Positions 1 through 10,612 of a DNA stretch of 64,000 nt are shown piece by piece. The position numbers and the translations under genes were made by a program. The DNA lies in the IMG/VR virus record IMGVR_UViG_3300012910_000003, positions 31,639-95,638 of that record. The stretch is one strand, 5' to 3'. How positions within the stretch are numbered: position 1 is the stretch's first letter; each line of letters starts with the position of its first letter. The DNA is from a virus. Its lineage: Duplodnaviria; Caudoviricetes. The notes under the pieces are model-generated. The model saw nothing but the letters and a program-made list of their open reading frames with translations. It was not told where the DNA came from and ran no database searches.

Positions 1-1
1 T

Positions 2-166
2 ACTAAGATGAGAAAAGAGATGAGTACTTATTTTAAACTTGATCCTAAAACACTTAATACTTATGTTAGTTTATTAAGAGGTAAGAAAGTAATTATTAGT
101 AATTTAATTAATAATGACTTAATACCTAAAGATGAGTTAACCTTTAAATTTACTCAAATTGGCTAA
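2..166 (+). CDS. 3' end of a truncated ORF, possibly winged-helix DNA-binding protein
   Basis: Open frame from window edge: TKMRKEMSTYFKLDPKTLNTYVSLLRGKKVI...FKFTQIG*, stop 164-166; not in ORF track. Confidence 0.5.
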   Translation, partial: TKMRKEMSTYFKLDPKTLNTYVSLLRGKKVIISNLINNDLIPKDELTFKFTQIG

Positions 167-785
167 TAAAGACTTAACATATAAGTATATAGATACTAAT
201 AGTGTGTTTACTAAAGTATCTGAAATGATGAAGAAAGAAAGTATTATTATAACTGATAATCTAGTAGAATATATATTTAGATTTCAGTTTGATGAGCTTC
301 ATAGACAAATGAAGAATAAACAATATGTTAGTATACCTAATCTAGGTACTTTTGGGATTCAGATATGGAAAGATCTATTAGAAGATGAGAGATGTTTATT
401 TTGTATAAAGAATAGAAAAGGTGATTTAGGTAAAGGTGTTTACAAATTAAATAGTACTATTATTAATCATAACTGGTTATTTTATAATAATGCTAGATCC
501 CTCCATACTACTTTTAGTGATGTAGAAGTTTATAGAGAAGAAGTAACTACCTTATTTAATCAATTTAAAGATAGTATTATAACTAGAGAATTACTTACCA
601 CTGCTTATATACAAGAGGATAAAGCTTCTAAGATTAAGATTGAACAATTACTTGAATCTACTAAAGAAGAAAGTACTAAATGGTTTACTGATAAAGTAGA
701 TAGAAAGAGAAAGATTGATTATCACAATATAGAAGGTTATGTACCCTATAGAACTAGAAAGATAGAAGAGAATAGAAAGTTATGA
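159..785 (+). CDS. Hypothetical protein with possible HU/IHF-like N-terminal region
   Basis: VSIPNLGTF resembles the HU/IHF V.l.gfGtF motif; TTG start. Confidence 0.4.
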   Translation: MANKDLTYKYIDTNSVFTKVSEMMKKESIIITDNLVEYIFRFQFDELHRQMKNKQYVSIPNLGTFGIQIWKDLLEDERCLFCIKNRKGDLGKGVYKLNSTIINHNWLFYNNARSLHTTFSDVEVYREEVTTLFNQFKDSIITRELLTTAYIQEDKASKIKIEQLLESTKEESTKWFTDKVDRKRKIDYHNIEGYVPYRTRKIEENRKL

Positions 786-1021
786 AAAGTAATTCTCTAA
801 ATATAATAAATGGTGCTGTAAACAATCTTCTCCATAGAGTTGATCTATTACCTCAAGAGAAGAAAGATCTTATCTCTATGAGGCTAAAAACATGTAAAGA
901 ATGTGAGGTTATTAAGTTTGACAATACTACTAAATCCCTTAGATGTGGAGTATGTAATTGTTTTATTCAGTGGAAAACTAGTTGTATGGAGTGTAAATGT
1001 CCTAAAGATAAATGGGAGTAG
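782..1021 (+). CDS. Small Cys-rich Zn-binding protein (DUF6171-like)
   Basis: RLKTCKEC...RCGVCNCFIQWKT...CPKDKW pattern. Confidence 0.55.
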   Translation: MKSNSLNIINGAVNNLLHRVDLLPQEKKDLISMRLKTCKECEVIKFDNTTKSLRCGVCNCFIQWKTSCMECKCPKDKWE

Positions 1022-1380
1022 AAGATATTAATAAACCAAGTAGACAGAAGGTACATAAGGATAAGGTAAGAAATAATATCTTTGTTATTACAGGAGATTC
1101 TTGTGTTAAATGTGAGGGGTTTAAAGGGGATGTTAAGATGTTAGAACTTCACCATATAGATCCTAGTATTAAAAGCTTTGGTTTAAGCTCTACTATTATA
1201 AAAAGTAAGAGTTGGGCTTTAGTAAGTAATGAGGTTAAGAAATGTATACCTCTTTGCCCCAACTGTCATAGATTATTTCATTTAGAAAGATGGGATTATA
1301 AAGATTTAGATTTTAGTAAGTTAAAAGATTATCAAGTAGAATTAATTAATAATTATGAGCACACAAATAACATTATATAG
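1012..1380 (+). CDS. HNH endonuclease
   Basis: CVKC...LELHHIDP...KCIPLCPNCHRLFH. Confidence 0.85.
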   Translation: MGVEDINKPSRQKVHKDKVRNNIFVITGDSCVKCEGFKGDVKMLELHHIDPSIKSFGLSSTIIKSKSWALVSNEVKKCIPLCPNCHRLFHLERWDYKDLDFSKLKDYQVELINNYEHTNNII

Positions 1381-1579
1381 TTTAAACGAATTAGTTAAAA
1401 TATACACTAAACCAAGTGATAGAAATAAGGTTTATAAAGCAATAAATAAATTTGATGATAGAGCATTTGTATACTATGATTCTATAGAAAGTAAGTTAAA
1501 ATGTAGTAATGAAGATTCAGATAATTGTATTTATGAATTAATTTGGGAATTAGAAGAAGTTGTTACAAATTATAAATAA
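1355..1579 (+). CDS. Hypothetical protein
   Basis: 74-aa ORF filling the gap between co-oriented genes. Confidence 0.55.
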   Translation: MSTQITLYSLNELVKIYTKPSDRNKVYKAINKFDDRAFVYYDSIESKLKCSNEDSDNCIYELIWELEEVVTNYK

Positions 1580-1581
1580 TT

Positions 1582-2157
1582 ATGGCTCAAGTAAATGATT
1601 TTTCTCCTGAACAAGATTTCTTTAAAATAAATCCTCAATATCTTGTTATTGAAGAATTTAAACAAGTTAAAGAAAAGTATAAGAAGGAGTATTCAAACAT
1701 ATTATGGTTTATAGTATTAATGTATGATCCTGATAGTAAGTTTAATAACTTATCTTATAGTTCTAAACTACAAAAACTTCAAACCATGTTACCTAATGAG
1801 TTTCTTACTAAAGAAGATAATTTACATAAAACTTTAAAATCTTTATATTTAGAACTTTGTGAGACCCATCCTATGAGAATGTTAAGAGTCTGGAAAGAAA
1901 AAATGGATGAGAAATTACAGTTTATGTCTGAAAATAAATATACTGTAGATGAATATGTTGAAATAGAAACTAATTCAGGTACTAGACAAAAACTTGTAAA
2001 AGGTACTTGGGAAATGCTAGAAGCTCTTCAAGCAGGTAATGTTAAGGCTTGGAAAGATTATGAACTTATTGCTAAAGAGTTAGCTAAAGATAAGGAAAAT
2101 AAAGCTATAGGTGGTGTAGAAACTTCAATGAGTGATAGAGGAGGATTATTAGGATAA
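1582..2157 (+). CDS. Conserved protein upstream of TerL, candidate terminase small subunit
   Basis: Stop/start overlap (TAATG) with TerL; size and position only. Confidence 0.4.
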   Translation: MAQVNDFSPEQDFFKINPQYLVIEEFKQVKEKYKKEYSNILWFIVLMYDPDSKFNNLSYSSKLQKLQTMLPNEFLTKEDNLHKTLKSLYLELCETHPMRMLRVWKEKMDEKLQFMSENKYTVDEYVEIETNSGTRQKLVKGTWEMLEALQAGNVKAWKDYELIAKELAKDKENKAIGGVETSMSDRGGLLG

Positions 2158-4355
2158 TGGGAAGGTCTACTATAAACCCTAATTTAATAAAAACCAAACT
2201 AGAAAGATTTCTTCCTAGAACTGAAGAATATACTACTTACTGGAAAGAAGAGATGAGAAAAATCATTGAAGGTATCTGGATAGGTAATTGTTTTATTTCA
2301 GGACCTATGTTTGCTTATACTAACTATTGGACTATAGAAGCCAAAGGGGTTTATGTTAATCCTAGTATAAGAGATGTAGAGTGGGAAAAGTTTCATTTAT
2401 TTGAAGAAGCTAGAGGATTTAGTGGTTTTGAAGATGATGCTGAATTTCATTGTGATGAAGCTATTTTTAAGTTACAAAATAATACTATTACAGGTGAATT
2501 TACAACTAGAGAAGAAACTACTTCGGATCAAAGGAAATATCTTACTGTAAAAGATTATATTAACAAACTACATAAAGGTAATTTAGGTAGACCTTTATAT
2601 AATAATCAGTGTAAAAATGTTATTACTATTGAGGCAAGAGGGTCAGGAAAGACAAAATTAGGTGCATTTTTAGTAGCTTATACATTTTTAACTGATGGTG
2701 TTAAAGATATAAAGATTTGGAAACAAAAGAAGTTAGAAAAGGAATTAGAGACAGGTGAGCCTGTAGCTTTTCCTATGAAGTCTAATGCTGTCATATCTTC
2801 AATAGACAGTAAGTATTCTAATAAAGTAGTTGATGATTTTTGGATAGGTTATGAGAAGATTAGAGGAGGCCAAACTTATAATGGTGTAAGATACCCAAGT
2901 CCAATAGTTAAAGCTTATACAGGTAGTTTAAAAGCAAGTGCTACAGGTTTAAAAGCAGAGTTTGAAACTAAAGTAAACCAAGGTTGGGATAAAGTAGGAT
3001 CTGGAAGTTTTATAAAACATGTTACTTTCTTCAATAAGCCAGAAGCTGCTAATGGTCACAGATCTGCTTTTATATTAATAGATGAAATAGGCTTTCAAGA
3101 TAACTTAAAACTTACAATGGGTCAGGTTAAAAACTGTACTCAAATAGAAGGAGATAAATTTGGAGTTACTTGGTTAACAGGTACTTCTGGTGATATGGGT
3201 TTAAATGGTGCTTCTTTTGAGGCTAAGTATATATTTGAGAATCCTCAAGAATATAATTGTGTATATTTTAAAGATGAGTGGGAGAATAAAGATAGAAACA
3301 TAGGTTATTTTGTACCTAGATGGAAAGTACTAGGATTTAAAGATGAGTTAGGTAACACTAAAGAAGATCTTGCTAAGAAAGAATGGGAAAGATTATATGA
3401 TGAGGCTAGAGCAGCACCAGATCCCTCTACTTTAGATATGTTTTTACAAAATGATCCTGCTATACCCTCTCATGCCTTTTTAGTAAGAAATGGTAATACT
3501 TATCCCACAGCCCAACTTAGTGAGCATTTAGGTGATTTAGAAACTCTTAAAGCATATAAACCTTTATTAGGTACTATGGGTAATTTAGACCCTGATCTTA
3601 ATGATAAGATGGTTTTTACTCCAAATAATAATTTAAGACCTGTAGATTACCCTATAAAGAATAATAAGAAGGGTGGTATAATTATATATGAACATCCAAG
3701 TGATAATCCCCCTAAAGGTAAATATATAGCAGGATGTGACCCTATTGGAGCAGAAGGTAAGAAAGAAGAAATACAATCTGATTCTGTGTTTAGTTTAATA
3801 ATATATAAAAGATGTACTGATGATGATTTAGATGGAGATAAAGTAGTAGCTGAATATACTGGTAGAGAAGATAGTTTTAATGAAACTTTTGAACATGCCA
3901 GAAAGTTATTATTATATTATAATGCCTTTTGTTTATATGAAAATAACTATTCTAATTTTAAAACTCATTTAGAAAATAAAAATCAGTTATATTTGTTATG
4001 TAAAACTCCTAAGGTGTTAAGTAACATAGCTTCAGGTAAGGAAGCAGCAACTTATGGTTTAAGAGCCACTGCTAATAAAGCTTTAAATGAAGTGTTACAA
4101 GGTTATGTGAGAGACTGGTTATTAAGTAAAGGACCTAATGGTAAATTAAACTTACAAAGTTTATATTCTATAGGTTTAATAAAAGAATTACTTGCAGCTG
4201 GTGAAGGAATTAATACTGATAGAGAAATAGCATTTAAGCTAGTTTTAGCTTTAAATAAACAACTAGAAAGAGTTAAAATAGAAGAAACTAAAAAACAGTC
4301 TTATGATGGTTTCTTTTTTAATAAGGAAGGTGAAAGAAGAAGGTTTTTTACTTAA
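2157..4355 (+). CDS. terL: Terminase large subunit
   Basis: Walker A EARGSGKT, Walker B ILIDEIG, motif III GTSG, RNase H-like YIAGCDP, LYENN, terminal D (NTDR); precedes portal. Confidence 0.93.
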   Translation: MGRSTINPNLIKTKLERFLPRTEEYTTYWKEEMRKIIEGIWIGNCFISGPMFAYTNYWTIEAKGVYVNPSIRDVEWEKFHLFEEARGFSGFEDDAEFHCDEAIFKLQNNTITGEFTTREETTSDQRKYLTVKDYINKLHKGNLGRPLYNNQCKNVITIEARGSGKTKLGAFLVAYTFLTDGVKDIKIWKQKKLEKELETGEPVAFPMKSNAVISSIDSKYSNKVVDDFWIGYEKIRGGQTYNGVRYPSPIVKAYTGSLKASATGLKAEFETKVNQGWDKVGSGSFIKHVTFFNKPEAANGHRSAFILIDEIGFQDNLKLTMGQVKNCTQIEGDKFGVTWLTGTSGDMGLNGASFEAKYIFENPQEYNCVYFKDEWENKDRNIGYFVPRWKVLGFKDELGNTKEDLAKKEWERLYDEARAAPDPSTLDMFLQNDPAIPSHAFLVRNGNTYPTAQLSEHLGDLETLKAYKPLLGTMGNLDPDLNDKMVFTPNNNLRPVDYPIKNNKKGGIIIYEHPSDNPPKGKYIAGCDPIGAEGKKEEIQSDSVFSLIIYKRCTDDDLDGDKVVAEYTGREDSFNETFEHARKLLLYYNAFCLYENNYSNFKTHLENKNQLYLLCKTPKVLSNIASGKEAATYGLRATANKALNEVLQGYVRDWLLSKGPNGKLNLQSLYSIGLIKELLAAGEGINTDREIAFKLVLALNKQLERVKIEETKKQSYDGFFFNKEGERRRFFT

Positions 4356-4370
4356 AAAGATAAAGAAATA

Positions 4371-6884
4371 ATGGGTGATATTAATAATAGAATAACTAAT
4401 AAATTAACTACAGGTTATAATGGATTTCCTCCTCAGAAACTAAAAAGATCTGAAAAGACTGAAGCTTGGGGAAAAGCTTGTGTAGAAGCTATATATCATT
4501 ATATAGGTAATTGGAGAGATGTTAATGGTAATAATAGGTTTGCTTCTAAAGAGCTTAACTATAAACTTATTAACGGTGATTTAAACCTTGATGATATTAA
4601 GTATGTTACTGATCCATTAGGTATGAGTGAAGAGCTAGGGGATCAACCTGCTAGAATGCAAAACTTTGCTAAAATATATCCTAAGATTAATTATCTAGTT
4701 TCTAAAGAGTATGATTCACCTTTTAACTTTAAAGTATTTGCTGTAGCAGGTGGTGGATTTAATTCTAAAAATGAATACAAGAAACAACAAATAGTTAATA
4801 ATATATTAGCTATGGTTCAGAATAATATGGCTCAAATGGGTATGATTGATCCTAATGAAGCTACTAAAGGTCATATACCTATTCCAGAATTAGATAAGTA
4901 TATGAACTATACTTATACAGATATTAGAGAACAGTTCTTAAATACTCTTCTTAAAGACTTATATCAAAGAGAACAGCTTCAAATGAAGTTTAATAAAGCT
5001 TTCTTCCATGCTAATGCTGTTGCTGAGGAGATTCTTCATATAGGTATAGTAAATGGAATGCCTAAAGTAAGATGTGTAAATCCTAGATATTTTGATTATA
5101 TAAAGACTGTTGATTTAGAAAATATAGAAGATTCTCAAGCTTGTATAGAAATTACTTATATGCAAATAGGTGATATACTTGATGAGTTTAGAGAGTATCT
5201 TAGTGATGATGAGATAGATAGATTAGAAACTCAATATGCTACTAGAGGTGGTTTATGGGGTAGAATGGAATTAGATTTAGGTGTAGTATCTAGAACTAAT
5301 AGAACTAATACTATGGATAGTTTTGAAGCTGGTATGCCAGTTATTAGAACTACTTGGAAGTCAATGAGAATGATTCAATTCTTAAAATATATTGATTCTG
5401 AGACTGGTGAAACTCATGAAACTACTATAGAAGATGAAACTTGGAAAGTACCTATAGAATTAAAACCTTATATAGTAGAACATACCAAAGAATGGATAGT
5501 TGATATTTGGGAAGGTGTTAAGATTAACATTACTGATCCTATATATCCTTATGTAAGACCTGTAGTTAATCAAGTAAATGGTAAATTACCTTATGTTGGT
5601 AGTATATATAATAACTTAAATTCTGAACCCCATAGTACTGTAGACTTTCTAAAACCATATCAATATGCTATAAATATTTACATGTATAGATTAGAACTTG
5701 AAGTAGCTAAAGCTGATGGTAAAAAAGTACTTATAGATATGGCACAAATACCTAAATCTCAAGGTATGGGTATGAAAGAATGGATGTACTATATGAAAAA
5801 TATGGGGGTTATATTCATTAACTCTGCTGAGGAAGGTTTAGATTCTATGGGTAATACTGTATCTAAGTTTAACCAAATGAGTGCTGTAGATCTTACTATA
5901 AGTAATAATATGGTACAATACTTAAATATAGTAGCTAAGCTAGAAGAAATGATGGATGAGATAGTAGGTATATCTAGACAATCTCAAGGTGATATAGCTG
6001 CTAGTGAAACTGCTACAGGAGTTAATAGAGCTATTACTCAAACTACTGTTATAACAAGACCTTTATTTATAAAGCACAATGATGTAAAAAGAAGAGTATT
6101 AGAATATCTTATAGAAACTACTAAATTATGTATGTTAGAAGGTACATATAAAGTTAGTTATATGGATGATATGATGAAGAACTTTTTAGAAATAGATGGT
6201 GAATTACTTAATGATACTGATTATGGTTTATTTGTAACTGATTCTATTAAAGAACAAGAAGCTTTTGAAACTCTAAAAAGAGCTGCTGAAATATCTGCTA
6301 ATAATGGTTTAATTGAATTAAGAGATTTAGCCCATATATTTAGAAATGGTTCATTCTCTGAAGTAGACCAATATCTTAAACAAAGATCTGATGAGAAACA
6401 ACAAATTGATAATGATAGGTTTAAAGAAGAACAAGCTAATATTAAAGCTCAAACTGATTTAGCTAATCAAAAATATCAAGATGAATTAACATTAGAATAC
6501 AATAAACTTGATAGAGAAGATAATAATAAACAACTTGATAGAGAGAATAAACTACAAGTTGAAGAATTAAAGGCTATGGGTTTTGCTAAAGAAACTGATA
6601 TAAATAATAATGGTATACCTGATGTAGCTGAACAAACTAGATTAGCTTTAGAAACTTCTCAACAAGCTTATGATCAAGCAAGTAATATAATGGAACATAA
6701 GAGAAAAGATAATGAAGTTAAAGCTAAACAAGATGTTGAGAATAGAAAGATAGAGTTAGAAAAACAGAAGTTAAATCAAACTAAACAGATTGAATTAGAG
6801 AAACTTAAAGTTGCTAGAGAGAATATGGTTAATGATGCGAAAGTAGCTAATATTAATAAACAAGGTAGAAATAAGACTAAATAA
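4371..6884 (+). CDS. Portal protein (crAss-type)
   Basis: 837 aa after TerL; FPPQKL...K.E.W N-terminus, VRCVNP, LIDMAQIP, coiled-coil C-terminus. Confidence 0.88.
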   Translation: MGDINNRITNKLTTGYNGFPPQKLKRSEKTEAWGKACVEAIYHYIGNWRDVNGNNRFASKELNYKLINGDLNLDDIKYVTDPLGMSEELGDQPARMQNFAKIYPKINYLVSKEYDSPFNFKVFAVAGGGFNSKNEYKKQQIVNNILAMVQNNMAQMGMIDPNEATKGHIPIPELDKYMNYTYTDIREQFLNTLLKDLYQREQLQMKFNKAFFHANAVAEEILHIGIVNGMPKVRCVNPRYFDYIKTVDLENIEDSQACIEITYMQIGDILDEFREYLSDDEIDRLETQYATRGGLWGRMELDLGVVSRTNRTNTMDSFEAGMPVIRTTWKSMRMIQFLKYIDSETGETHETTIEDETWKVPIELKPYIVEHTKEWIVDIWEGVKINITDPIYPYVRPVVNQVNGKLPYVGSIYNNLNSEPHSTVDFLKPYQYAINIYMYRLELEVAKADGKKVLIDMAQIPKSQGMGMKEWMYYMKNMGVIFINSAEEGLDSMGNTVSKFNQMSAVDLTISNNMVQYLNIVAKLEEMMDEIVGISRQSQGDIAASETATGVNRAITQTTVITRPLFIKHNDVKRRVLEYLIETTKLCMLEGTYKVSYMDDMMKNFLEIDGELLNDTDYGLFVTDSIKEQEAFETLKRAAEISANNGLIELRDLAHIFRNGSFSEVDQYLKQRSDEKQQIDNDRFKEEQANIKAQTDLANQKYQDELTLEYNKLDREDNNKQLDRENKLQVEELKAMGFAKETDINNNGIPDVAEQTRLALETSQQAYDQASNIMEHKRKDNEVKAKQDVENRKIELEKQKLNQTKQIELEKLKVARENMVNDAKVANINKQGRNKTK

Positions 6885-6983
6885 TTTAGTACATAACTTG
6901 ACTATATAAAGTTTATTTAATATAGTATAAGTAAAATATTTGTAAACAATTAAAACAATACATAAATTTAAAACAATAATTAT

Positions 6984-8144
6984 ATGGCAGTAGATAATAT
7001 AAAAGAAACAAGAAGCTTTGGTTTGTTTAATATGGGAGATCTAGATGATGGTCTAGATATTACCAATGATAGCCCTATTATATCTGAAGACAGTAGAGAA
7101 GATAACCCTCTTCAAACTACTTTAAATGATCAAGATAATAGTACTTCTACTAATACTGAAGATAATAGTAATGATACTACTCAGGAAGTTAACCAAGAAG
7201 AAACTACTGAACAAGTAGATAATACTTCTACTACTAATACAGAAGAACCTACTGAGTTTAGTTATCAACCATTACTAGAAACCTTCTTTAAAGAGGGGGT
7301 ATTACCAGATGATTTAGAAATTACTGATGATATTACTGATGATTTAGATGGATTTAAGCTAGCTGTTACTAAAGGTTTAGAACTAAAGGCTAATAAGATT
7401 ATAGAAGAAAGAGATAGTAAATTATCTGAAGAAACTAGAAAGAGAATAGCTATTGAATCTAGTGGTGGATCTATACAAGAATTATATGGTTCTGATGAAA
7501 TAATTGATTTTAATGCTTTACCTCTTGATGCTGATAGTGAATCAGATATTAGTGAAGAAGATGCTTTAAATAATCAAAAGTTTCTATATAGTGAGTATTT
7601 AGCTGATCTAGGTACTTCTGAAGAAGAAATTGAAACTTTAATTAATGAATCTGAAGTAGAAGGTACTTTAAAAGGTTATGCTAGTATTGCTAAAAAAGCC
7701 CTCACTAAAAGAGATGAAGAAAAGGTAACTGCTTATATTTCTAAAAAGAAAGAAGAGGAAATTACTCAAAAACAAGCTGCTATTAAAGCTGAGGAAGACT
7801 TTAAGAATTATGTGACTAACCTTAGAGAAATAGGTTCTTTTCAAATAGATAAAACTAAGTCAGAAAAACTTTATAACTTTTTAACTAAGAGAGATAAGGA
7901 TGGTAAAACTGAAGCTGATAAGAAGTTTACTCAAGAAAATGCAATGTTATTTCAATTCTTATTAATGGAAGGATTTGATAAGATTGATACTTTTAGAAAG
8001 AAAGCTGAAACTGATGCTACTAAAATATTAAAAAAGACTCTTCATAAATTTAAACCTAATACTAACACTGGATTAGTAGTTAGAGAAGAAGAGCAATCAA
8101 CTAGTAAAAAACAAATAATACCTTCTTTTTGGGGTAATCAATAA
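6984..8144 (+). CDS. Acidic scaffold-like protein
   Basis: Very acidic low-complexity N-terminus, helical C-half; between portal and capsid as in crAss-like gene order. Confidence 0.6.
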   Translation: MAVDNIKETRSFGLFNMGDLDDGLDITNDSPIISEDSREDNPLQTTLNDQDNSTSTNTEDNSNDTTQEVNQEETTEQVDNTSTTNTEEPTEFSYQPLLETFFKEGVLPDDLEITDDITDDLDGFKLAVTKGLELKANKIIEERDSKLSEETRKRIAIESSGGSIQELYGSDEIIDFNALPLDADSESDISEEDALNNQKFLYSEYLADLGTSEEEIETLINESEVEGTLKGYASIAKKALTKRDEEKVTAYISKKKEEEITQKQAAIKAEEDFKNYVTNLREIGSFQIDKTKSEKLYNFLTKRDKDGKTEADKKFTQENAMLFQFLLMEGFDKIDTFRKKAETDATKILKKTLHKFKPNTNTGLVVREEEQSTSKKQIIPSFWGNQ

Positions 8145-8165
8145 AATTAAAATAAATTAAAATAA

Positions 8166-9668
8166 ATGGGAAATACTTTTGTTCAAGAAATTTCACCCTT
8201 ACAGATACAAACAACTAAGAATCTTAAGGGTATTGTAGATAGTAATCATACTATCCAACACTTTAGTGGTAAACCTCATGCTTTAGATCAAGTATTGAGT
8301 TATGCTCTTAACTATGATGCTACAGGTAAGTTTAATGGTAACTACTTGCTAGAGTTCCTTACTACTGCTTTAGGTAACACTGAAATTCAAGTAGGTAATG
8401 ATGAGATTGTTTGGGATATTGTAACTACTTGTGAGAGGAATTATACTATATCTAGAACTAATCCTTCAGGAACTACTATGAGAGGTCAAGGTGGTTCAGC
8501 ATTTGATCTTTACTTTAAAACTAAATGTTTTAGTAAAGGTGATGTTATTATGAGTGAGAAACAGTATCACTTGAGACTTCAAGATGATATGGTTCAAACA
8601 GGTTATGGTTGGAAAGCTTCAGTGCAACTATTAGATCCTACACAAGAATCTATTCCTGCTGATCAATTACTAGAAGGTGTTAGATATGCTAGGTTATATA
8701 CATTGGTTGAAGAGTATTCTGATTATGGTGGATCACCTGAATGGAGCACTCCTGCTACATTAAGAACTCAATTGTCTACTATTAGGTTGCAACAACCTGT
8801 TACTGGTAAAGCAGTTACTAATGATATTACAAAGATTAATCTTTATAACCCAAATACAGGTAAATATGATATCTCTACTTGGATGCAAGCAGTAGATATT
8901 AAGACTCTTTATCAAATGAAGAGAGATACTGAGAGGTTATATAACTATGGTATTGCTTCTCATGTAACTGGTAGTGTACCTCATATTAATGGACCTAATG
9001 GTAGACCTGTATTATCTGGTGCTGGTTTAAGACAACAAATCTCTCCTGCTAATGTTTATACCCATAATGGCTATATTACTTATGGATTCTTGAGTAATCT
9101 ATTGATTGAACTATCTCAAATTAGAGGTGATGGTACTGGTATGGAGTTTATGTGTTTAACTGGTTTTGGTGGTCAAGAAATGATTAATAAAATGGTTAGA
9201 GATGAAATGACTGTACAAGGAGTTACTTTTCAAAATGATTATATGCACTTCTACTCAATGGGTCAAGATAAAACTCTTACTTTTACTGAACCTTTGTTTC
9301 AAACAATTAACTTTAAGAATGGTATTAAACTAACAGTAATGTTGAATCCTATTCAAAATGATAAGAACTTGTTTACTCAGAAACATCCTAAAACAGGACT
9401 TCCTGTAGAATCTTATAGAATGACTATACTACCTAAATACACTAAAGATGGTGGACCTAACTTAGTATCAGTTGTTAAGAAAATGAGAAAAGAACTTATT
9501 TGGTATGTAGAAGGTTCTATGGGTCCTACTGCTGTACTTAATAGTTCTGGTAAAAGATCTGCTGCTAGTTCTATAGATGGTTATGAAATTAATGCTCTAT
9601 CAGATAGAGGTATAGTTCTTAAAGATCCTCTTAGTGCTGCTGAAATCAATCCAAACTTTAACATCTAA
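8166..9668 (+). CDS. Major capsid protein
   Basis: 500 aa, synteny after portal/scaffold, crAss-like MCP motifs (G.GLRQQI, TG..G, HPKTGLP.ESYR, GI.LKDP), followed by terminator. Confidence 0.88.
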   Translation: MGNTFVQEISPLQIQTTKNLKGIVDSNHTIQHFSGKPHALDQVLSYALNYDATGKFNGNYLLEFLTTALGNTEIQVGNDEIVWDIVTTCERNYTISRTNPSGTTMRGQGGSAFDLYFKTKCFSKGDVIMSEKQYHLRLQDDMVQTGYGWKASVQLLDPTQESIPADQLLEGVRYARLYTLVEEYSDYGGSPEWSTPATLRTQLSTIRLQQPVTGKAVTNDITKINLYNPNTGKYDISTWMQAVDIKTLYQMKRDTERLYNYGIASHVTGSVPHINGPNGRPVLSGAGLRQQISPANVYTHNGYITYGFLSNLLIELSQIRGDGTGMEFMCLTGFGGQEMINKMVRDEMTVQGVTFQNDYMHFYSMGQDKTLTFTEPLFQTINFKNGIKLTVMLNPIQNDKNLFTQKHPKTGLPVESYRMTILPKYTKDGGPNLVSVVKKMRKELIWYVEGSMGPTAVLNSSGKRSAASSIDGYEINALSDRGIVLKDPLSAAEINPNFNI

Positions 9669-9679
9669 TCTTTTTATTT

Positions 9680-9708
9680 ATAAAGAGGGGGTAAAATCTC
9701 CTCTTTAT
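9680..9708 (+). terminator. Probable intrinsic terminator after MCP
   Basis: Hairpin ATAAAGAGGGG-gtaaaat-CTCCTCTTTAT. Confidence 0.65.
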
Positions 9709-9711
9709 ATT

Positions 9712-9719
9712 TATATTTG
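9712..9719 (+). promoter_or_regulatory. Bacteroidota -7 promoter element
   Basis: TATATTTG matches TAnnTTTG, intergenic, about 30 nt before ATG 9748. Confidence 0.65.
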
Positions 9720-9747
9720 TTAATAAGTTCAACATAAATATTAAAAT

Positions 9748-10602
9748 ATGAATAGCAGTACAAACAGTAATGATATAGTATTAGTTAAGTATACTGGTAC
9801 TAATTCTTTTATAGAGATTAATAGTAGAGCATTTGCTCAAACTAATGGTAATTTTGGTCAAAATCAATATTACTATTTAACTTTTCCTTTAGATAGGAAT
9901 GGTGATACTTTTCTAACAGGTCTTACTAAAGATGAAGCTGAGAAATTAGAAGATGAGAATGGTTTAGAAAAAGGTTCTTTGATGTTTAGAAGTAAGTTTC
10001 TACAAGACTTTAAAACACCTTTTAATAAGGCTGTTCCAACAGTACTTAATAAGGCATTACCTGACCATAAAATCATCTTAGCTTGTCTTAAGGCTAATAG
10101 TTTAACTAGAAGTAAAACAGCTGTATTAGCTGAAAAAGATAAAATTGAAACAACTCTTCTTGTTGTAAGAGATGATATTCAAGAAACTAAAGATGATCTT
10201 TCTAAATTAGAAGTTAAAAGAAAAGCTTATAAAGTACTAGAAGGTCTTAGTTCAATTGATTTAAGAAACTTACTATTATCTAGAGGTGAGGTAGGTATTG
10301 AATCTTTAGCTGATGAAAGAATTAGTTTAATTGTACAAAAACTATTAGATCAAAATCCTTCAGAGTTTCTTAGATTATCAGAAGAAATAAAAGATAGTAC
10401 TAAGGTAGATGTTCAACAAATGTTACATCTTGGTATTCTAAAAAGAAATGGTGAAGGTGGTAGAAAAATTATGATATCTGATACTGATGATGTAATTGGT
10501 GTAGGTATTGAAGATGCCACTGATTGGTTTAAAGATACTAATAATGCTAAAGAGGTTATTAGACTTAAAAATAAGTTACAGAATCTTAAAAGTAAAAAAT
10601 AA
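9748..10602 (+). CDS. Conserved crAss-like capsid-module protein of unknown function
   Basis: 284-aa ORF directly after MCP; synteny. Confidence 0.65.
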   Translation: MNSSTNSNDIVLVKYTGTNSFIEINSRAFAQTNGNFGQNQYYYLTFPLDRNGDTFLTGLTKDEAEKLEDENGLEKGSLMFRSKFLQDFKTPFNKAVPTVLNKALPDHKIILACLKANSLTRSKTAVLAEKDKIETTLLVVRDDIQETKDDLSKLEVKRKAYKVLEGLSSIDLRNLLLSRGEVGIESLADERISLIVQKLLDQNPSEFLRLSEEIKDSTKVDVQQMLHLGILKRNGEGGRKIMISDTDDVIGVGIEDATDWFKDTNNAKEVIRLKNKLQNLKSKK

Positions 10603-10612
10603 TTACTATTAA

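Noticed and set aside
6597-6623. EF-hand-like DINNNGIPD in the portal C-terminus
   Set aside because: Single short motif, likely a common feature of this portal family; no evidence for a separate function.
7134-7245. Short imperfect repeat (DNSTSTNTE / DNTSTTNTE) in the scaffold gene
   Set aside because: Low-complexity disordered linker; two copies only.
9873-10076. Antisense or nested short ORFs in the track (also 12529-12717, 21176-21376, 21932-22129, 40338-40562, 44350-44535, 54387-54578, 58012-58209)
   Set aside because: Shadow frames overlapping well-supported genes; no motifs or leaders.
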